Assembly (NCBI GenBank): GCA_951406725.2 | Contig: OX597824.1 | Span: forward strand, 86,428,001-86,492,000 | Direction: 5' to 3' | DNA: 64,000 nucleotides | Source: Octopus vulgaris | Lineage: Eukaryota | Part shown: positions 1 through 64,000 of the stretch, piece by piece | Position numbering within the stretch: the stretch's first letter is position 1 | Layout of the letters: the number at the start of each line of letters is the position of its first letter | Translations under genes and position numbers: made by a program | Notes under the pieces: generated by a model | What the model saw: only the letters and a program-made list of their open reading frames with translations | What the model was told of the DNA's origin: nothing | Database searches by the model: none

Positions 1-61
1 GACGTAAACACACCAGCATCGGTTGTCAAGCAATGCTAGGGGGACAAATACAGACACACAA

Positions 62-92
<31 letters not shown>

Positions 93-317
93 CATATATA
101 TATACATATATACGACAGGCTTCTTTCAGTTTCTGTCTACCAAATCCACTCACAAGGCATTGGTCGACCCGGGGCTATAGCAGAAGACATTTGCCCAAGA
201 TGCCACGCAGTGGGACTGAACCCGGAACCATGTGGTTGGTAAGCAAGCTACTTACCACACAGCCACTGTTACTGATGATGTTAAAAATTTAGTAGTTTAT
301 ATGGAAGTGACTGTTAC

Positions 318-57119
<56,802 letters not shown>

Positions 57120-57451
57120 GTTGCGCTTACGTTCAAATATGAGAAACAGGGAGTGAGGTATGTAAGGTCAAAAATGACACAGAGGTGTGTAGGTGCGTAA
57201 TTATCCCGGACACACACGCAAAAAAAAAAAAAAAGAAAAAGAAAATCAACAGCGGTTGTGCTCTGGCTAACAAACTGAATCTGGTACGGGCTTTCGTTTG
57301 TCCGAATATTAGTAGTCCATGTAAAAGTTTATGGATATATTTCCTGTAGCTGTTCTTCCTTTTTCACTGCGTGGAACACGTCCTTGGAGACAAGCGCCTT
57401 ATGTCTTCAACGAAAACGTTAAACATCCTACTAAAGTGGGAGAGGACTTTC

Positions 57452-57496
57452 AGCCAATCAGCGACGAGTATCGAAGACTCACCTTCTCTGACGTCA
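57452..57496. promoter_or_regulatory. Putative ASPG promoter elements: NF-Y CCAAT box (AGCCAATCAG, 57452-57461) and full CRE (TGACGTCA, 57489-57496)
   Basis: Consensus motifs 330-380 bp upstream of the first coding ATG, in relatively CpG-rich non-repetitive DNA. Confidence 0.55.
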
Positions 57497-57859
57497 GCAG
57501 GATGGCAACATGTGCAGAAAGCCATACGTTATTCATGCACACGTATATAATTTTCGGCCGCAAGATAAAAATTAAAAAATGGAAGTCACAGAAAAAGCAA
57601 ATTGTAGTACTCAATATTTTGCGCCTTCCTTTTCATTTCTCTTTTATATACTATTATTTATTGCATTCGTTTCTCTTTCTCCTCCTCCTCCTCTTTCTCT
57701 CGCATCACCCTCCTCTCTTTCTCTCTTTCGCTCTTGCTGTCCCGTCAACGTCCGTTGATTTTTTTCCATTCATCAGCTATTTCAGACATGCACTTGTTTA
57801 TATCAATACTCATAACGTATGCGTGTGTGCGTGCGCTTGTATCTACAATATATGTGTGT

Positions 57860-58511
57860 GTGTGTGGTAAGTAGCTTGCTAACCAACCACATAGTTTCGG
57901 GTTCAGTCCCACTGCGTGGCATCTTGGGCAAGTGTCTTCTGCTATAGCCTCGGGCCGACCAATGCCTTGTACGTGGATTTGGTAGACGGAAACTGAAAGA
58001 AGTCCGTCGTATATATGTATATATATGTATGTGCGTGTACATTTTGTGTCTGTGTTTGTCCCCCTAGCATTGCTTGACGACCGATGCTGGTGTGTTTATG
58101 TCCCCGTTACTTAGAGGTTCGGCGAAAGAGACCGATAGAATAAGTACTGGGCTTACAAGGAATAAGTCCCGGGGTCGATTTGCTCGATTAAAGGCGGTGC
58201 ACCAGCATGGCCGCAGTCAAAATAACTGAAACAAGTAAAAATATATATATATATATATATGTTCTTTTACTCTTTTACTTGTTTCGTTCATTTGACTGCG
58301 GACATGCTGGAGCACCACCTTTAGTCGAGCAAATCGACCCCAGGACTTATTCTTTGAGAGCCTAGTACTTATTCTATCGGTGTCTTTTGCCGAACCGCTA
58401 GGGTTACGGGGACGCAAACGCACCAGCATCGGTTGTCAAGCGATGTTGAGGGGGACAAACACAGACACACACACACATACATACATATACGTATACATAT
58501 ACATACATACA

Positions 58512-58545
<34 letters not shown>

Positions 58546-58552
58546 CATACAT

Positions 58553-58612
<60 letters not shown>

Positions 58613-58770
58613 GACAGGCTTCTTTTAGTTTCCGTCTACCAAATCCACTCACAAGACTTTGGTCGGCCCGAGGCTATAGTAGAAGACACTTGCCCAAGAT
58701 GCCACGCAGTGGGACTGAACCCGGAACCATGTGGTTGGTAAGCAAGCTGCTTACCACACAGCCACTCCTG
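57860..58770. mobile_element. Tail-to-tail inverted pair of family A SINEs (57860-58240 +, 58263-58770 -)
   Basis: Two near-full copies separated only by a short (TA)n. Confidence 0.88.
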
Positions 58771-59044
58771 AAAGTACTTGAAAGTACTCTCCCTCACTAT
58801 ACGTGTGCGTGCGTGGATGTGTGTGCGCATGTGTATATGTTTGATAGGATTCCTTACAGTTTCCGTCTGCCAAAATGCAGAAGGCATTGACAGCCTACAG
58901 CGCCTGCCTTCTAAGTGCCGCGCAAAGGAACTGAACTCGGCACCACTTGGTTTCGTAACCATACAGCTATACCTGCGTCTAATATAAACACACACACGCA
59001 TTCACGCGCGTGTGTGTATATGCGTGCGCGCGTATTTAGAAATA

Positions 59045-59262
59045 TATGTACGTATGTATGTTTGTATGTATGTATGAATGTATGAATGTATGTATGTATG
59101 TATGTATGTATGAATGAATGTATGTATGTATGTATGTATGTATGTGTGTGTGTGTGTATGTATGTATGGATGGATGTGTGTGTGTATGTATGTATGTATG
59201 TATGTATTTATGTATGTATGTATGTATATATGTGTGTGTATGTATTTATGTATGTATGTATG

Positions 59263-59296
<34 letters not shown>

Positions 59297-59303
59297 TGTA
59301 TGA

Positions 59304-59336
<33 letters not shown>

Positions 59337-60385
59337 TGTATGTATGAATGTATGTCTGTATGTATGTATGTATGTATGTATGTATGTGTGAATGTATGTA
59401 TGTGTGAATGTATGTATGTATGTATGTATGTATGTATGTATGTATGAATGTATGTATGAATGTATGTATGTATGTATGTATGTATGTATGTATGTATGAA
59501 TGTATGTATGTATGAATGTGTGTGTATGTATGTATGTATGTATGAATGTATGTATGTATGTGTGTGTATGTATGTATGTATGTATGAATGTGTGTATGTA
59601 TGTATGTATGAATGTATGTATGTGTGTGTGTATGTATGTATGTATGAATGTATGTATGTATGAACGTATGTATGAATGCATGTATGTATGTGTGTATGTA
59701 TATATGTGTGTGTGTATGTATGTATGTATGAATGTGTGTATGTATGTATGTATGAATGTATGTATGTATGAACGTATGTATGAATGCATGTATGTATGTG
59801 TGTATGTATATATGTGTGTGTGTATGTATGTATGTATGAATGTGTGTATGTATGTATGTATGAATGTATGTATGTATGAACGTATGTATGAATGCATGTA
59901 TGTATGTGTGTATGTATATATGTGTGTGTGTATGTATGTATGTATGAATGTGTGTATGTATGTATGTAAGAATGTGTGTATGTGTGTATGTATGTATGTG
60001 TGTGTGTATGTATGTATTTATGTATGAATGTGTGTGTGTATGTATGTATGTATGTATGTATGTATGTATGTATGTGTGTGTATGTATGTATGTATGTATG
60101 TATATGTGTGTGTGTGTGTAAATATGTATGTATGTATGTGTGTGTATGTATGTATGTATGTATGAATGTATGTATGTATCTGTGTGTGTATGTATGTATG
60201 TATGTATGAATGTGTGTATGTATGTATGTATGTATGAATGTATGTATGTATGTGTGTGTGTATGTATGTATGTATGTATGTATGAATGTATGTATGTATG
60301 TGTGTGTATGTGTGTATGTATCTATGTATGTATGAATGTGTGTATGTGTGTATGTATAAATGTATGTATGTGTGTGTGTATGTAT
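59045..60385. repeat. (TATG)n-based satellite, about 1.3 kb, with a 108-bp higher-order unit
   Basis: Variant marker gaacgtatgtatgaatgca recurs at 59662, 59770 and 59878. Confidence 0.92.
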
Positions 60386-61688
60386 GCACGAATATTATTG
60401 AGTGAGAGACCAGTGCATGCCATCAAAGTGACACTGGAGTAAATTTGTGAAGCCCAGTACACCCATCATGAGTGCCCGTCCGATAAGGGTATGCCAGGCA
60501 CATGCATCACAGCCATAAGTGCGTGAGGTGGTCATCTCCGATCATGATTAACAGCGCATGAACTTGCAGGTGGAGTCCAGTTGGAATTTTCTTCAGGTCG
60601 AGTAACCCATCCCGCTCAAAAGGTCCCTGAATAAGTGTTTGTTTCCAGAGGTGAATTATTCAAACCTCAAAGAATTCCTCTCAACATATGGCTATGATGC
60701 TCCCCAACTACTTCTGCTCGTGATGAGAGATGCGCGACTCAAAATGAAAACACATGAATAACAGGTCCCTACATAAGCAAGGTAAGGGAACCACAGACAT
60801 TTTTTTTTAACACTGGATGTATAATGGGTCTATGTTAACTAATAACAGGGTGTTTTTGTTTTTCATTAGTAAATTGTAATGAAATTTAGCGTTTTTGTTC
60901 TGCTTTCGTTTGTTTGTTTTTGTTGCTTTCTTCTTTCTTTTTGCTGTTGCTGTGTGTTTGTTTGTTGAGCGAAGCGGTCTTCGTCCGTAGAGAGAGAAGT
61001 CCGATACGTGGTCCTTGGCTATTCGTAAGACCCGCAGAAGAGAAAGCAGGCCAACCCCCGACACCAAGAGCATCGACGGATGGATGAATGCGCATCCAGG
61101 CTCAGCGGTTGCGTAGGAAGTCGGGAATGCTGTTGCTGTGAACATTTGCGTATATTGTTTTCTCTACTATTTCGTGTTAAATATTAAACTTACAAAAGGC
61201 ATTAAATAGTGTTTGATGATATCAGGGGAATGTCTTGCAAGAAAGGTCTAATTTTCAGTCTATTTATACATATTCAGCATTACTGCTTTCTAAGGGAAGC
61301 AGTGACACTATGAAATTTAGAAAGCATGACACCACGTGTCGGGTAAGGTTTGGTGAAATAGTTTGGAAGAAAAATGAATTTTGCTTGTTTGGATGGATGG
61401 AGGAGGGGTCCAGGATTTTGTTGGGGGTGTTGCCCAAATGTTTCGAAAAAAAAAAAACTATATAAGGTGGGAATCGCAATTCGTAACAAATGGACGCATT
61501 TTTATGTATTCTAACTTTGTTGTAGCAGACCGTATGCAATATGAAACGGTAATGCTGCGAAACTGCTGGAAATATTATATTTGCATCAGTTCAGCTAGAA
61601 AGGGTGTTGCCTACCCCTACATCTGCCACTGAAGGAGGGGAGGGATGGATGGATGGATGGAGGGGTGGATTTATTTATTTATTTATTT

Positions 61689-62067
61689 ACTCTTTTACTT
61701 TTTTTACTTGTTTCAGTCATTTGACTGCGGCCATGCTGGAGCACCGCCTTTAGTCGAGCAAATCGACCCCGGGACTTCTTCTTTGTAAGCCCAGTACTTA
61801 TTCTATCGGGTCTTTTTTGCCGAAGCGCTAAGTAACGGGGACGTAAACACACCAGCATCGGTTGTCAAGCAACACAAACACACACACATATATATATATA
61901 TATACGACAGGCCTCCTCCAGCCTCCGTCCACCAAATCCACTCACAAGGCATTGGTCGGCCCGGGGCTATAGCAGAAGACACCCGCCCAAGATGCCACGC
62001 AGCGGGGCCGAACCCGGAACCATGTGGTTGGTAAGCAAGCTACTTACCACACAGCCACTCCTGCGCC
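61689..62067 (-). mobile_element. SINE family A copy with clustered substitutions
   Basis: Matches the family; see the finding at 61913-62009. Confidence 0.88.
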
Positions 62068-62693
62068 TATTTATTTATTTATTTATTTATTTAGGTCAGC
62101 ATTTAGCTCTTATTTAATTAAGAGCCGCCAGGGGGTAATTACGCTGACGTTGGTCTTTGTTTAGGGTTACAGTTGGTTTCAATCTGGCCCTCGTCTAAGC
62201 TTTTACATGGGACCCAATGGGTTGCTGGTACAGTCACTTGGTTGACCGATAAGAAATTTGAAAATTTATTTGGATTTTGCTTAGGAATAAAAAGTCATTT
62301 CACTTGATTACGTAGCTAATAATTGCAGCAGAGGTGGGAGTGAGCAGGGCATTCACGTACTGTTCCCCACCCGCCAATAAAACCTACGTGTATGCATGTA
62401 TGAATGTATGCATGCATGTTTGTACGAATGTATATGCAGGCTATCAGATGTTGTTACACATCGCTGGTCACAATGCGCGTCGCATTGTTTTTAGCCTTCA
62501 AATGACGCCACCCCGCTGGCTAAGCGAGCAGGCCAACAGAAAGAAAGAGTGAGAGAAAGTTGTGGCGAAAGAGTACAGCAGGGATTGCCACCACCACCAC
62601 CACCACCCCCAGCTCACAACGCCCGGTCTGGAAATCGAAACCGCGATCCTACGACCGCGAGTCCGCTGCCCTAACCACTGGACCATTGCGTCT

Positions 62694-62734
<41 letters not shown>

Positions 62735-62912
62735 TATATATATCTGCATGTATGCGTGTGTCTATGTACATATGCAAATGCATATCAGCGTTTAATCATT
62801 ACTTTGAGAAAAATAGAGACTTTTTAATGAAATTTTCTGCAAAAATCGGAATTTGCAGTGAATTTTTTTTTTCGAGGGTGGAGAGGGAGAGAGAGAGGGA
62901 GAGAGAGAGAGG

Positions 62913-62972
<60 letters not shown>

Positions 62973-63201
62973 AGTTTCGGAAAGATTTACACGAATCGGC
63001 TTTGTTTCCTTACATCTTGCAGAAAGACGAGTGTTTTTTGTTTTTTTTTAACGAAATTTTCTGCAAATACCTTTCAGAGTGTGCAGATTACGATTATCTT
63101 GAAATTGGATGTGAGAAAAAAAAACAAAAAATAAAAAAAAATACTAACACACATCTCAATTTTTTTCAAAATCTCAAGTTTCATTTCGTAAATATATATT
63201 A

Positions 63202-63612
63202 GGCGCAGGAGTGACTGTGTGGTAAGTAGCTTGCTTACCAACCACATGGTTCCGGGTTCAGTCCCACTGCGTGGCACCTTGGGCAAGTGTCTTCTACTAT
63301 AGCCTCGGGCCGACCAAAGCCTTGTGAGTGAATTTGGTTGACGGAAACTGAAAGAAGCCCGTCGTATATATGTGTATATATATGCATGCGTGTTTGTGTG
63401 TGTGTGTGTGTGTGTGTATTTGTCCCCCTAGCATTGCTTGACAACCGATGCAGGTGTGTTTACGTCCCCGTAACTTAGCGGTTCGGCAAAAGAGACCGAT
63501 AGAATAAGTACTGGGCTTACAAAGAATAAATCCCGGGGTCGATTTGCTCGATTAAAGGCGGTGCTCCAGCATGGCCGCTGCCAAATGACTGAAACAAGTA
63601 AAAGAGTAAAGA
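63202..63612 (+). mobile_element. SINE family A, near-consensus copy
   Basis: Full head, body and AGTAAA-type tail. Confidence 0.9.
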
Positions 63613-64000
63613 GTATAGCGAGTAAAACTCCCGTCCAATGGACGGTGCTAAGTTGTCAAACATTTAAACCAAATTTTCTCAAAACAACTTGTCCGACCGT
63701 CCCATAGCCCCCCCCCCCTTTGAGAAACACTGATTTAACCTAAATTTGAGACACCAGCAAAAAACGGATTTCGACTGATGTACTTCCGCGTACAAATGCA
63801 CGTTCCCACGGCTTTATTGATCGCATTCTCACCTAGAATCGACTTTTGTAATTTTTTTTCAAGACTTATACACGCCCTGATACCGTCGGTATCTACATAT
63901 CAAATTTGAGCGCAATCGGATGGAGGATGCCCGAGATCCTAGAAAACACACACATAGACAGACAGACAGAACGGATTTTATACAATATATATATATATAT

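Noticed and set aside
23-292. Recurrent short ORFs such as ...GTEPGTMWLVSKLLTTQPLL as a gene family
   Set aside because: They come from the antisense strand of SINE family A and have variable frames and stops.

Overview
Eukaryotic, AT-rich, very repeat-dense DNA. The tRNA-derived SINEs and microsatellite load suggest an octopus (coleoid cephalopod) genome; this is an inference. One protein-coding gene occupies most of the window on the minus strand: L-asparaginase/60-kDa lysophospholipase (ASPG, type I asparaginase domain plus ankyrin repeats). I reconstructed 12 coding exons by hand (57119 to 318; 1556 nt, about 518 aa). All introns are GT-AG with consistent phases, and the 3' end runs off the left edge. 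The introns hold several SINE families, RTE, CR1 and RLE-type LINE fragments, Tc1/mariner and probable Chapaev3 transposase relics, Helitron-type and TTAA-flanked MITEs, and a solo LTR. Most notable: (1) a swarm of fold-back elements in (TA)n tracts carrying minimal type I hammerhead ribozyme motifs typical of Penelope-like elements, some with non-canonical cores and some on the pre-mRNA strand; (2) a SINE copy with 10 clustered sense-strand A>G changes, either a fossil of ADAR hyper-editing or a sequencing artefact; (3) an inverted LINE pair bracketing ASPG exon 3; (4) a 63-bp minisatellite of about 22 copies expanded from an RTE 3'UTR. Repeat boundaries and identities were judged by eye and are approximate.
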